From positions 1 through 64,000 of the IMG/VR virus record IMGVR_UViG_3300047496_000092: a DNA stretch of 64,000 nucleotides; one strand, 5' to 3'. The notes below the pieces were generated by a model that was given only the letters and a program-made list of their open reading frames with translations, ran no database searches and was not told the DNA's origin. This stretch comes from a virus. A program made the position numbers and the translations under genes. Positions 42,243 to 50,342 of this stretch are shown here, one piece after another. How positions within the stretch are numbered: position 1 is the stretch's first letter; every line of letters starts with the position of its first letter.

Positions 42243-42883
42243 GTTGAGGTTCCTTTGCGCAGTGCGCACAGAAGTGCTTCACCAATGTACTTGGTGTAAG
42301 CCGGGGGAATTGCTTGTGTGATCTCGCGCCACGTCATCCAGTTAATACCCATCGCTTCGCTCGCTGTTTCGAGTGACGACGCACGATTATTTTTCCAGTA
42401 GCCGAAGCTGTACTGCGGATGATCACCGTACACACCGATGCTTTTGCCGTCGTGGTAGCCGCACTCAATGGGCGCGACCGGCACGTTGGTTTCGAAGAGT
42501 CGGTGACGTTGTACGCCGAGGCCGAACATCGTGCCGCACAAGCGTATGGGGTTAATGAGCGGAGCGCCGACGACGTTTTCGATCGCAAACGGTAAGCCGC
42601 TGTTGATCAGGCGCTCGCGAACCGGCGCAACGAGGTCGAAGCGTTCCATGTGTTCTTGCTTGCCGAGGGCGCGCAGCGTACTGTACGCCTGACACGGCGG
42701 GGAGGCAGCGATGGCGTCGAAGCCGTCTAGCGGAAACTCTAAGGCGTTCGCCTGGTGAAACTCGAAGGGGTAGTTCGGTTGCGGGGCTAGGTCAACGCCG
42801 ACCACTTCGAACCCTGCGTTGTGATAGCCCATGCTCGCGCCACCGGCACCGCAGAAGAGGTCGAGTAAACGAGGCTTGCTCAC
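42239..42883 (-). CDS. dcm: compact DNA (cytosine-5)-methyltransferase
   Basis: Trimmed to GTG 42883 (GTGA overlap). LLDLFCGAGGASMGY (motif I), SPPCQAYS (IV), FAIENV (VI), QRHRLF (VIII), TQAIPPAYTKYIG (X). Only about 214 aa. Confidence 0.75.
   Translation of the reverse strand: MSKPRLLDLFCGAGGASMGYHNAGFEVVGVDLAPQPNYPFEFHQANALEFPLDGFDAIAASPPCQAYSTLRALGKQEHMERFDLVAPVRERLINSGLPFAIENVVGAPLINPIRLCGTMFGLGVQRHRLFETNVPVAPIECGYHDGKSIGVYGDHPQYSFGYWKNNRASSLETASEAMGINWMTWREITQAIPPAYTKYIGEALLCALRKGTST
42243..42256 (-). promoter_or_regulatory. conserved translation-initiation block (embedded in the 3' end of the C5-MTase gene)
   Basis: The minus strand reads GCAAAGGAACCTCAAC-ATGA. Confidence 0.6.
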
Positions 42884-43152
42884 AGGTCGTATCCCTTTGA
42901 TCGAAGCAGCGAAGCAATCCAGGTGTGACGCCATGCCTGCAGCGCCGCGACTTCACGCGGGAAACCCTGTTCGAGTTTCGCGAGGTTGTCTTCGTCGGCG
43001 CGCAGCATGGCCTGCCACAACGCTTTGTGGAAGTCGCCGTAGTCGTCCAACTGCCAGCGCAGGATGATTCGTTCAACATCAGAGAGGTCGTTCGACTCGT
43101 CCTTCGCGTCGCGCAGGGCCTCGGCTCTAGTCTTTACTTTCGTTGCTTCCAT
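42880..43152 (-). CDS. hypothetical protein
   Basis: Track ORF 42880..43257 trimmed to ATG 43152. Confidence 0.45.
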   Translation of the reverse strand: MEATKVKTRAEALRDAKDESNDLSDVERIILRWQLDDYGDFHKALWQAMLRADEDNLAKLEQGFPREVAALQAWRHTWIASLLRSKGYDL

Positions 43153-43606
43153 AGTCCGGTTCGTCCGTAAGGACGTGTAGGTTCTTGAGTGCTTTGAGGC
43201 CCTTGTCGAGCTTGCCGAAGTCTTCGTTCGGCGTGTTGCGCAGAATGCAATCTGCACTGACAGCAGCGCTGCGCTGATCTTCGAGGTACGCCCCCAACTG
43301 TTCGAGCATCGAAGAGTCGGTGACGATGGTCGCGAGATAGGCTGCGCCGTCGAGACGCCACTTCAGTTGGCGCAGGATGGCCTCTTGATGTTGGTCCGGC
43401 ATGGCGAGTGAACCGCAGTGCTGAAGCAGCATCATCGCGTCGTTGCGCGAGTCGGCCGACAAGATGGCGGCGCACTTCGCGAGCAGATCGGCGGGCTCCG
43501 TCGATTCCGGCTGAATGCGGGGACCGAGGAAGTCGAGCGACTCTTCGCACTTGCGCGCAATCGTTTTGAGCGCCTCGCGGTAGGTTTCCAATTTCTCGGG
43601 GTTCAC
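43127..43606 (-). CDS. hypothetical protein
   Basis: 159 aa. GTG start with GGAGAG upstream. Confidence 0.5.
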   Translation of the reverse strand: MNPEKLETYREALKTIARKCEESLDFLGPRIQPESTEPADLLAKCAAILSADSRNDAMMLLQHCGSLAMPDQHQEAILRQLKWRLDGAAYLATIVTDSSMLEQLGAYLEDQRSAAVSADCILRNTPNEDFGKLDKGLKALKNLHVLTDEPDYGSNESKD

Positions 43607-43983
43607 GTTACACTCTCCGGTCGCGACGGGTATTGCAAGTCTGCGACTTCAGCCAGACAGTCGCGGACGGCGAAGCCAATCCACTCTGTATTCCCCGGCC
43701 GGGTTTTGGCGAAGCAGTCTACGCAGTGTCCACCCATGAGACACAGCGGACACCCTTGGTATCCGGCAAGGAATTTCTCTCGGTTGTTGCCTCGGAGCGC
43801 GTTCAACGAGATCACGTTGAAGCAATAGATCAGTGCGTCGAAGTCGGCGGGGTCGGTCGAACCTTTCATCATCTTAACCGCGCGCTGCGCAGCAATTACA
43901 CCATCGGGGCTGACCGTATGTTCGAGCCCTGCCGCTTTGACGGCGGCGCGTAGCTCATCCCAGTGGGGCTGACACATGGTCAT
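43603..43983 (-). CDS. hypothetical Cys-rich protein
   Basis: Track ORF 43603..44280 trimmed to ATG 43983 (ATGA overlap). Contains GCPLCLMGGHCVDC. Confidence 0.5.
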   Translation of the reverse strand: MTMCQPHWDELRAAVKAAGLEHTVSPDGVIAAQRAVKMMKGSTDPADFDALIYCFNVISLNALRGNNREKFLAGYQGCPLCLMGGHCVDCFAKTRPGNTEWIGFAVRDCLAEVADLQYPSRPESVT

Positions 43984-44405
43984 AGTCCGGCGTCCTCCAA
44001 CAAGTCCAGCATGTGCTGGGCCTTCGATGAGTACTGATACGGGCACGGCTGGTCGATCACGAAGTGGAACGCCTGCTTCGCGAGATTGAATCCGTTGGCA
44101 GACAATTCGGGCTGGCCCTCGCGCTTCGCGTAGATGGCCGACATTTGCATGTTGAGGCCACCGAGGAAGACGTTGATGCAGTACCGAGGTGAATCGGGTC
44201 CGAGCATCCGCGCTCGGTGTAGTTCGGCCGTTGCGACCTTCGCGCATACCGTTGCGTCTTCGACGCCGGTCGTACCGCACAATCGCGATAGCTCCGCGTC
44301 GCTAAGGGTTTTCCAACCCTCGGGGGTCGTGTCGTCAGCGAACGCCGTCGTTGCCGTCGCAAGGACGCATGCAGCGATGAGGCCGACTTTCTTGATGATG
44401 TTCAT
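43980..44405 (-). CDS. secreted protein or lipoprotein
   Basis: MNIIKKVGLIAACVLATATTAFADD is a signal peptide with a possible lipobox (IAAC) or an AFA/DD cleavage site. Confidence 0.55.
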   Translation of the reverse strand: MNIIKKVGLIAACVLATATTAFADDTTPEGWKTLSDAELSRLCGTTGVEDATVCAKVATAELHRARMLGPDSPRYCINVFLGGLNMQMSAIYAKREGQPELSANGFNLAKQAFHFVIDQPCPYQYSSKAQHMLDLLEDAGL

Positions 44406-44827
44406 TGTGCTGTTGCTTCCTTTTCGGCGCGGCGAATGAGTTTGCGCACGATGCGCTTGAGATCAGCAAGGCTGTTCCCGGAAAAGAACAACTCCGATGC
44501 TTCGTAGTTGGTCAAGCCGAGGATATACTGCGCACGGTCGTGCATAACGACGTACGGTCTGTTCTTCTCCCAAGCGTACTTTGGGATAAGTTCAATCGAC
44601 ATATTCTCGTCGGGCCTTCTGAATTTAGCCCCGGCAAGGACCGCAGCCCAACCGCCGAAGCAGTAGGACGTTCCGCAGCGCCACCAACTTTGGTTCCAAT
44701 GCTCCGGTTCTGCTTCGATGCGCGCGAGCGTCTTCTTCAGAAGCGCGACGTTGATCTTGCTCTTTGCGCCGGGAATCCAAGAACCGGCAGTGCGTTCGGC
44801 CGGTGCTAGTACTTTGATGCTAGGCAT
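44402..44827 (-). CDS. hypothetical protein
   Basis: 141 aa, containing EPEHWNQSWWRCGTSYCFGGWAAVLAG. ATGA overlap. Confidence 0.55.
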   Translation of the reverse strand: MPSIKVLAPAERTAGSWIPGAKSKINVALLKKTLARIEAEPEHWNQSWWRCGTSYCFGGWAAVLAGAKFRRPDENMSIELIPKYAWEKNRPYVVMHDRAQYILGLTNYEASELFFSGNSLADLKRIVRKLIRRAEKEATAQ

Positions 44828-44828
44828 T

Positions 44829-45161
44829 TTAGAAGATCACTCCATCGGCAGCGTCGGAACATTCTTCGTCGGTTGCAGGACGCATACGCTCACCACAACC
44901 GGAGCAGATCATAAAGGCACCTTCGGTCGAATTTTCGAACTCGAAGCGCCGCATCGTGTGATCGCACGGCTGCTCCTCCGGGTGCTTGACTGCGAGCGCA
45001 TTGCCAATGGCTTCGGCAACGGCAGCGCCGTCTTCGGGCGTCGGGCAGTCCGTGTGGTCGAGTGCGTCGTCATCTTCCGATTCGCGGGTGCCGACGCAGA
45101 GGCTGCTACACCGCTTGAAGCGGCTCGGCAGCGGGGTGGGGTCGTTGAGGTTTGTATCCAT
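44829..45161 (-). CDS. hypothetical acidic Cys-containing protein
   Basis: 110 aa, containing CSGCGERM. Confidence 0.5.
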   Translation of the reverse strand: MDTNLNDPTPLPSRFKRCSSLCVGTRESEDDDALDHTDCPTPEDGAAVAEAIGNALAVKHPEEQPCDHTMRRFEFENSTEGAFMICSGCGERMRPATDEECSDAADGVIF

Positions 45162-45176
45162 CTATACAACAGTCTA

Positions 45177-45599
45177 TCATGGCTTGGACCCCGACGCAAG
45201 CCTCGCTTTGTGAACGGCCTCCACGTTGGTCCACACGGTGCGGAGGAAGGCGATCAGCAGGCCGAGGCCGACCACACCCCATCCGCCAGTGCGCTGATAG
45301 ACCTCGCAGATCAAGCCGCCGGTCACGATTGCCCACCCGACCGGCCACAGCCGTTTTACTGTCTGCACAGACTGTTGTTGCTTGAGCCCAAGCGGCGGCG
45401 CATCGGAACCTTCGACCCAGCGCACGTCCATAATAGTGAAGCCTGCGCGAACAGTATCGCCCGGCCGAATGGTGCGGATGCCGTCGTTGGTCGCGACGAC
45501 GATCTCAATGTCGGGAACGAGGATTACATCAGCCACGGTTGTAAGTTTCGGCGCATGCAACAGTTCACCCGCCTCGAATGTCGAGAGATACTTGCGCAT
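45177..45599 (-). CDS. membrane protein (two C-terminal TM segments)
   Basis: Track ORF 45177..45641 trimmed to ATG 45599. Hydrophobic segments are LWPVGWAIVTGGLICEV and WGVVGLGLLIAFL. Confidence 0.45.
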   Translation of the reverse strand: MRKYLSTFEAGELLHAPKLTTVADVILVPDIEIVVATNDGIRTIRPGDTVRAGFTIMDVRWVEGSDAPPLGLKQQQSVQTVKRLWPVGWAIVTGGLICEVYQRTGGWGVVGLGLLIAFLRTVWTNVEAVHKARLASGSKP

Positions 45600-45665
45600 C
45601 TCGATGCCGACTGTGACCCGGACGTGATCGCAAAGCTGCAAGAGATTGCACAGAGTGTAGGTACG

Positions 45666-46157
45666 TTGCGCGTTGCTGGCGTCAGTGAAGGTCGAACAAG
45701 CGCACCGACGAGGTTACAAGAAACGGGTGCCACGTTTCCCTATACCTTCAAGCGCGAAGACTTCCAACATCTCAACGATGAAGAGTACGCAGCGTACACC
45801 CAAACGCAGCGTCAACTTTGGGAACGCGATCAGAAGATGCGTGGAGAGATTGCAATGGAGTCGTTGGCTCCCCCCTCATTACCAACCGGCTACGGCAGTG
45901 GAGTCGAGCGCGTCCCGCTTCACGCCAAGAATTCTCTTGGCGATACTTGTATCGCTGTTGATGCTGAGTCTGGCTGTTGTACTTATCAGTGCAGCAAGTG
46001 CGGAGACTCCTACGTCGCCAACAACCCGGCCGTCCGTGGATGCCAGTGCGGCGGGTCGGGCGAACGTCGTCAAGCGAGTGCTGAAGACGACGACGTTGCG
46101 ATCACTCCTGTGCGTACAGATGACGGGGCTATTGAAGGTACTGATAGCAGATGGTAG
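45666..46157 (+). CDS. hypothetical zinc-ribbon protein (start very uncertain)
   Basis: This is the 3' part of track ORF 44718..46157, the only stretch not antisense to better genes. FPYTFKREDFQHLNDEEYAAYTQTQRQLWERD...CCTYQCSKCG...CQCGG. The TTG at 45666 is proposed as the start. Confidence 0.3.
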   Translation: MRVAGVSEGRTSAPTRLQETGATFPYTFKREDFQHLNDEEYAAYTQTQRQLWERDQKMRGEIAMESLAPPSLPTGYGSGVERVPLHAKNSLGDTCIAVDAESGCCTYQCSKCGDSYVANNPAVRGCQCGGSGERRQASAEDDDVAITPVRTDDGAIEGTDSRW

Positions 46158-46181
46158 AAGGTCGGGGTCGGAGGTAAGAGC

Positions 46182-46424
46182 ATGGCAAACGCACTTCTCG
46201 GTAACGCCGCACCCTTCGTCATCGGCGGCCTCAACACCAACGGCGCGAACACTGCGCCGGACCCGCTTCCGAATCAGAATCGTGATCAGCATCTGACCGG
46301 CCCGAACCCGCAGTACACACCCATCATCGCAACGTACGGCAACCCGGCCACGGTCGAACCGGACGGCACGATGATCGCACGGCCGACGCAATCCGGGACG
46401 AGCATCCTGGGTGAAGACGAGTAA
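46182..46424 (+). CDS. hypothetical protein
   Basis: ATG with GGAGG upstream. 80 aa. Confidence 0.55.
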   Translation: MANALLGNAAPFVIGGLNTNGANTAPDPLPNQNRDQHLTGPNPQYTPIIATYGNPATVEPDGTMIARPTQSGTSILGEDE

Positions 46425-46732
46425 TGAACAACGTCGAGGTCCGACTTTCAGACCCCGAGAAAATCAAAGAGGCGTTGACCAACCTTCGTGCAGTTGCAGC
46501 CAACAACAAACTCGTTTCTGAAAAGTCGGACCCCGCGTTCGAGATCGTAAGCGATGTCGTTGTGCCGGTGCTGCTCGACATCCGCACACTCCTGATGCAC
46601 ATGCTCAACGCAACGGGGCAGTGTGCAAACGCACTCTCGGTTCTCGTTACGCTCGTCGCCGAAGAACAGAAGGCGGCGCGAGGAATGACCAGCCCAGTCA
46701 TCGACCCCAAGTTGCTGCGCGTTCGCGAATGA
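46424..46732 (+). CDS. hypothetical protein
   Basis: 102 aa. Its ATG overlaps the upstream TAA by 1 nt. Confidence 0.55.
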   Translation: MNNVEVRLSDPEKIKEALTNLRAVAANNKLVSEKSDPAFEIVSDVVVPVLLDIRTLLMHMLNATGQCANALSVLVTLVAEEQKAARGMTSPVIDPKLLRVRE

Positions 46733-47346
46733 ACTCCGCAACACTCGCCCGATTCAAGGAAGTCACCGCAGGCATCGTCCTGACCGAAGGCAGCATCGGG
46801 GATGAAGAAGCGGAGTACCTCGGCAGTCTCGTTTGGGACCTGGGTACGATATGCATCGCACAGACCGGCCTCGGCATGGGCAAGAGCGCGTGGGCGTTCC
46901 TATCCGCGAATCCCTACTGCACCGTTGTGACGTTCGACAACGCAGCACACGCACAAGCCGGTCGGCTAGAGCAGATCGTTAGCGATGAGTTTCCCGGCAG
47001 GCACCACGTTGTATGGGGCGACTCGAAGCAGACGTTGCCCCGCGCGCTCGCATTACCAAAACCGTGGCCGGTCGATCTGGAATGCCCGCTCGTCTTCATA
47101 GACGGCGGGCACGACTTCGAGACGTGCTACAGCGATCTGAAGGCGTTTCACAAGGCGGGCCGCATCGTAGTGCTGGATGACTGCTACCTCAACGGTACAT
47201 GGAATCCGCCGACCGGCGTTCTCAACGCATGGACGCGCGCGTTCACAGAGGGGCTCGTCAAGCCAATCTCTTACCACGAAGAGGTGCAGCCGTCAGAGAA
47301 CCGCAGTGATCTGCCGTGGGCCTGGGTGAAAGGCGTCTACGTCTGA
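46729..47346 (+). CDS. class I SAM-dependent methyltransferase, paralog of 27224..27814
   Basis: Track ORF 46621..47346 trimmed to ATG 46729 (ATGA overlap). IAQTGLGMGKSAWAF and VFIDGGHDFETCYSDLKAF align with the 27-kb copy. Confidence 0.65.
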   Translation: MNSATLARFKEVTAGIVLTEGSIGDEEAEYLGSLVWDLGTICIAQTGLGMGKSAWAFLSANPYCTVVTFDNAAHAQAGRLEQIVSDEFPGRHHVVWGDSKQTLPRALALPKPWPVDLECPLVFIDGGHDFETCYSDLKAFHKAGRIVVLDDCYLNGTWNPPTGVLNAWTRAFTEGLVKPISYHEEVQPSENRSDLPWAWVKGVYV

Positions 47347-47972
47347 AACCGCCGGTCACACTCATTTCCATTATCCACAACGAGGGCGCTCGGCTCCCCG
47401 GCTTCTTGCTCTACCATGCGTCACTCGTTGACGAGATAATCATCGTAGACCAGGGCTCGACTGACGGTAGTCGTGAGATCATCCGCATGCTCGGCCTCCC
47501 CAACGTGCGCTGCATCGAACACCCGAAGTTTGGAACGCCTGAAGTCTCGCGGCCGTTCGCCATCCGCGAAGCGCGTAACGAGTGGTGCCTGATCTTGGAC
47601 GGTGACGAACTGCTCGACCCGACGTTCGCGCGTACGGTCATGCATCTTGTCGTTGACAAAGAGTACAACTGCGACTTTGTGTACGTCAAACGATACAGCG
47701 CACACGGCGGGGTCGAGAATGAGATCGCTTACAACAACCGGCTCTTCAAGAAGTCGAAGGTCGAGGTAGCGAATTACCCGCATGATCAGATGGGACTGTA
47801 CGCCCACTCACAGGTCATCCCAGTACCTACGGCAACGACGTTCCGCTGCGAGTCCATCGGCATCTGGCACCTGAAGACGGTGGCAGAACAAGAGGACAGC
47901 GTAGGCTACCACGATGCCCTCATGTCCATGCCAGGCCGAGCCTCGCTCAAGCCTGATCGGTTCGGACCCTAG
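47316..47972 (+). CDS. family 2 glycosyltransferase
   Basis: VTLISIIHNEGARLPGFLLYHASLVDEIIIVDQGSTDGSREII is the GT2 N-terminal signature. ILDGDE is the DxD motif. Confidence 0.7.
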   Translation: MGLGERRLRLKPPVTLISIIHNEGARLPGFLLYHASLVDEIIIVDQGSTDGSREIIRMLGLPNVRCIEHPKFGTPEVSRPFAIREARNEWCLILDGDELLDPTFARTVMHLVVDKEYNCDFVYVKRYSAHGGVENEIAYNNRLFKKSKVEVANYPHDQMGLYAHSQVIPVPTATTFRCESIGIWHLKTVAEQEDSVGYHDALMSMPGRASLKPDRFGP

Positions 47973-48212
47973 CTAGTCTAGGAGCGCCTCCATTTTGGAG
48001 ATGAACTGTCGTGCTGCTCCATGCGCTTCAGCCGTTTGACGTATCGTTATCGTAGGTTCGCGTGGAACTATCGGTACGAAGCGCCCTTGGTTCTGTTGAC
48101 GACGGATGGCGTACGGGCACGTCGTTGATCTGTTGAGATGCGAGCGCAACTTGTTGAAGGTTCTGCCGCAGCCTCCGCACTTCTGGTGCGTACGTTGGTA
48201 TCTGGATTGCAT
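47973..48212 (-). CDS. small zinc-finger protein
   Basis: Track ORF 47973..48239 trimmed to ATG 48212, which follows the conserved AAAGGAACCTCAAC block. Contains CGGCGR...H...C. Confidence 0.5.
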   Translation of the reverse strand: MQSRYQRTHQKCGGCGRTFNKLRSHLNRSTTCPYAIRRQQNQGRFVPIVPREPTITIRQTAEAHGAARQFISKMEALLD

Positions 48213-48228
48213 GTTGAGGTTCCTTTCG
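48213..48228 (-). promoter_or_regulatory. conserved translation-initiation block
   Basis: The minus strand reads CGAAAGGAACCTCAAC-ATG. Confidence 0.6.
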
Positions 48229-48248
48229 TGACTGTGCAACCTACATAC

Positions 48249-48257
48249 ATTATACCA
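48249..48257 (-). promoter_or_regulatory. extended -10 promoter
   Basis: The minus strand reads TGGTATAAT, about 37 nt upstream of ATG 48212. Confidence 0.45.
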
Positions 48258-48355
48258 TACGGTACTTTCGCATTAGTCAAAATCGCCGGCACTTTGCTTC
48301 GCAAACGTAGTATCCATCAGATACCTAAAATTATTTGGTGACGACAGCATGCGGG

Positions 48356-48391
48356 TTTGCAAAGCAAAACGAGCGCCTTTCGGCACTCGTT
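48356..48391 (-). terminator. intrinsic terminator ending the GNAT/DUF932 operon
   Basis: The minus strand reads AACGAGTGCC-GAAA-GGCGCTCGTT (10 bp with 1 mismatch), followed by TTTGCTTTG. Confidence 0.55.
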
Positions 48392-48410
48392 GCACTTCGA
48401 CCGGCCGCAT

Positions 48411-48854
48411 TTAGTGCGGGCGAAGATTTAATGTTGGCTGATTTTCCGGGAATGTCACTGTCGGTATTCCGAGTCCGCGCTTCGTTATGTAGCTCTTGAT
48501 GAACGCCCCGCCGAGCGGAGTGAACTTCTGCTGCAAGAGGTTGATCGACCAACGCCGGTTGGCTTCGTCTAGCAACTTCGTTGCGATGCCCTTGCGGCGG
48601 AAACTCGGGTCGATGAAGACTGCGACGTTGCCCGCCTGTTCTAGCCCCATGCGAACGGGGAAGTGGTTGAGGATGCCGCGCACTTTGCCCGACTTGTCGC
48701 GGTAGAGCAGACAGTCTACAGGTGGCATGTCGTCGCCGACATCCCCGGCGAAGTACCCAATACCCTTCGTACCGAGCAGCGGATACTGCTTGACCTGCAC
48801 AGCGAAACTGTATGGGCCGGTCGCGAAGATGTCGGGTATGGTGTTGAGGTTCAC
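48411..48854 (-). CDS. GNAT-family N-acetyltransferase
   Basis: VAVFIDPSFRRKGIATKLLDEA is motif A (R/Q-x-x-G-x-A/G). The GTG start overlaps the upstream TAG. Confidence 0.7.
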   Translation of the reverse strand: MNLNTIPDIFATGPYSFAVQVKQYPLLGTKGIGYFAGDVGDDMPPVDCLLYRDKSGKVRGILNHFPVRMGLEQAGNVAVFIDPSFRRKGIATKLLDEANRRWSINLLQQKFTPLGGAFIKSYITKRGLGIPTVTFPENQPTLNLRPH

Positions 48855-49138
48855 TATGCGTGTCTTTCCGAGCTAGGTGCGCGCTTGATTGCGGCGTGTA
48901 GCTCTGCTTCGTAGTGATCACCACGCCAGCGTTGCGTAACATCTGCAAGGTCGATGACGGCGCAGTTACCGTACTCCATCGGAATCTCGGGGTCGTCGCT
49001 GTAGCCAAAGACGGTGCCGATCATTGTCTGCTTGTTCTTTCCGCGTCCCGATTCGAAGTGGACGACATGGAAGCCGTTGCCACTCACGCCGTTGCGGTGA
49101 AAGCGGACTGACAGAACCTTAGTGACGAGTTTAGCCAT
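48854..49138 (-). CDS. hypothetical protein
   Basis: 94 aa. Overlaps the upstream gene by 8 nt. Confidence 0.5.
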   Translation of the reverse strand: MAKLVTKVLSVRFHRNGVSGNGFHVVHFESGRGKNKQTMIGTVFGYSDDPEIPMEYGNCAVIDLADVTQRWRGDHYEAELHAAIKRAPSSERHA

Positions 49139-49370
49139 TTGCGGGCCTCGGAATCGTGCAGATCACTGCACCGTTGACGCAGGTGTAGTAGCGCGGGTCG
49201 AACCCGCCGTCTTTGAATGCGGCCTCAACATCAGCGACGCGCGCGGCCTGGTCGGCTTTCGGGTTGGTCATTGTACGTTGTACTCTTTCGGTTGCACGGC
49301 ATTTCCAATCTGGCCGCGCAGGTGTGGTTTGACGGGCACGACGAGCCCGCGGCTTGGGGGTCATCGTCAT
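49131..49370 (-). CDS. hypothetical protein
   Basis: Track ORF 49131..49493 trimmed to ATG 49370 (ATGA overlap). Confidence 0.5.
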   Translation of the reverse strand: MTMTPKPRARRARQTTPARPDWKCRATERVQRTMTNPKADQAARVADVEAAFKDGGFDPRYYTCVNGAVICTIPRPANG

Positions 49371-49600
49371 AGCGGTTCCCCCAAAGCCGCAGACAGGTAA
49401 CTGTACGCCGCGTCGTAGTTCGGGAAGTTGGTGCGGACGTGCTTCACGAATTGCTCGGCCTGCGTGGTCGAGTGCGCTTTGAAACGCACCCAACCGCAGC
49501 CTGCACTATCGCGCCGCATCAACCACACGCCGCCGGTTTGCTTACCGGCCTTGTGGCCGCCCTGATCTACATCAGTGACGGCCCAGGCGAGTTTGGTCAT
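49367..49600 (-). CDS. hypothetical protein
   Basis: 77 aa, with a GGGGG tract upstream. Confidence 0.5.
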   Translation of the reverse strand: MTKLAWAVTDVDQGGHKAGKQTGGVWLMRRDSAGCGWVRFKAHSTTQAEQFVKHVRTNFPNYDAAYSYLSAALGEPL

Positions 49601-49601
49601 T

Positions 49602-50105
49602 TTACGGCAGCACCCCCGTCAACTTCGGCTGATTCTCCGTAGCGTGTGCGAGCGCGGCTTCCGCTTGGCGGACTTCCCGCTCGGCTACTTCGAGTTGGTA
49701 CTGCTTCTTTTCGAGCCAACGCTCGGCAGCGGCAATGACGCCCTGCCAGGCCGTTTCGACACTACCGAAGTAGCCGCTCGCCGCGTAGAAGTGCTTCCGG
49801 CCGTAGTCATCGAACGTGATTTCCAAACCGTCCGGGCTGACGCCGACAATCAGCTTGCCGTTGATCGCGCCGTCGTAGATTCTCTCGCCGGTGGAGTCGC
49901 TGTACGGACGCTGCGCACCGAAGACGAGATCACCGATGCCGACTTCCGTGCCGTCCGCGAGTTTCGCTTTGCGGCCCTTCTTGGCGTTGATCTTCTTGAT
50001 GAGACTGTTGATTTGAGATTGGACGGCAAGCCGGATGGGCTCGTTGTCCATGACGGTCGGCAGTTGCTTCTGCAGGTCTGCCAGTTGTCGTTCCATCGTA
50101 GTCAT
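49602..50105 (-). CDS. hypothetical protein
   Basis: Track ORF 49602..50204 trimmed to ATG 50105, which follows the conserved block. Confidence 0.55.
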   Translation of the reverse strand: MTTMERQLADLQKQLPTVMDNEPIRLAVQSQINSLIKKINAKKGRKAKLADGTEVGIGDLVFGAQRPYSDSTGERIYDGAINGKLIVGVSPDGLEITFDDYGRKHFYAASGYFGSVETAWQGVIAAAERWLEKKQYQLEVAEREVRQAEAALAHATENQPKLTGVLP

Positions 50106-50124
50106 GTTGTTGAGGTTCCTTTCG
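50106..50124 (-). promoter_or_regulatory. conserved translation-initiation block
   Basis: The minus strand reads CGAAAGGAACCTCAACAAC-ATG. Confidence 0.6.
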
Positions 50125-50133
50125 TCGGGTGGG

Positions 50134-50247
50134 TTAGTCGTAGTCGTAGATGCCGTTGTCGTCGTGACGATACTCGGCGTAGTCGGCCGAGGATTCGACA
50201 TCATCGAATTCGATTTCGAGAACGGCGTCGGCTTCGGGGTTGAACAT
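50134..50247 (-). CDS. 37-aa highly acidic peptide (not in the ORF track)
   Basis: Hand translation gives MFNPEADAVLEIEFDDVESSADYAEYRHDDNGIYDYD. Its ATG follows a full copy of the conserved block. Confidence 0.45.
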   Translation of the reverse strand: MFNPEADAVLEIEFDDVESSADYAEYRHDDNGIYDYD

Positions 50248-50264
50248 TGTTGAGGTTCCTTTCG
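50248..50264 (-). promoter_or_regulatory. conserved translation-initiation block
   Basis: The minus strand reads CGAAAGGAACCTCAACA-ATG. Confidence 0.6.
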
Positions 50265-50276
50265 TGGCGTACAGCC

Positions 50277-50299
50277 TTGTACTGTACTACACAGTACAA
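50277..50299. other. perfect 9-bp inverted repeat
   Basis: TTGTACTGT-ACTAC-ACAGTACAA. Four GTAC cores lie within 50270-50297. Confidence 0.7.
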
Positions 50300-50342
50300 C
50301 CCCCGAATTGCTCCGAGGGTTGCACTGTTGTGTGGTTTTTAC

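Noticed and set aside
44718-45650. The 5' two-thirds of the 479-aa plus-strand ORF 44718..46157
   Set aside because: This part lies antisense to three tightly packed minus-strand genes with sensible proteins. Only the 3' part (from about 45666) is free of better genes, and it was kept as a low-confidence CDS.
45673-46296. A 207-aa plus-strand ORF with a TM-like segment and higher GC3
   Set aside because: It runs through the well-supported start (GGAGG + ATG 46182) of the next gene. Its product is Ser/Thr/Arg-rich. The alternative frame encodes a protein-like zinc-ribbon sequence. The call remains uncertain.
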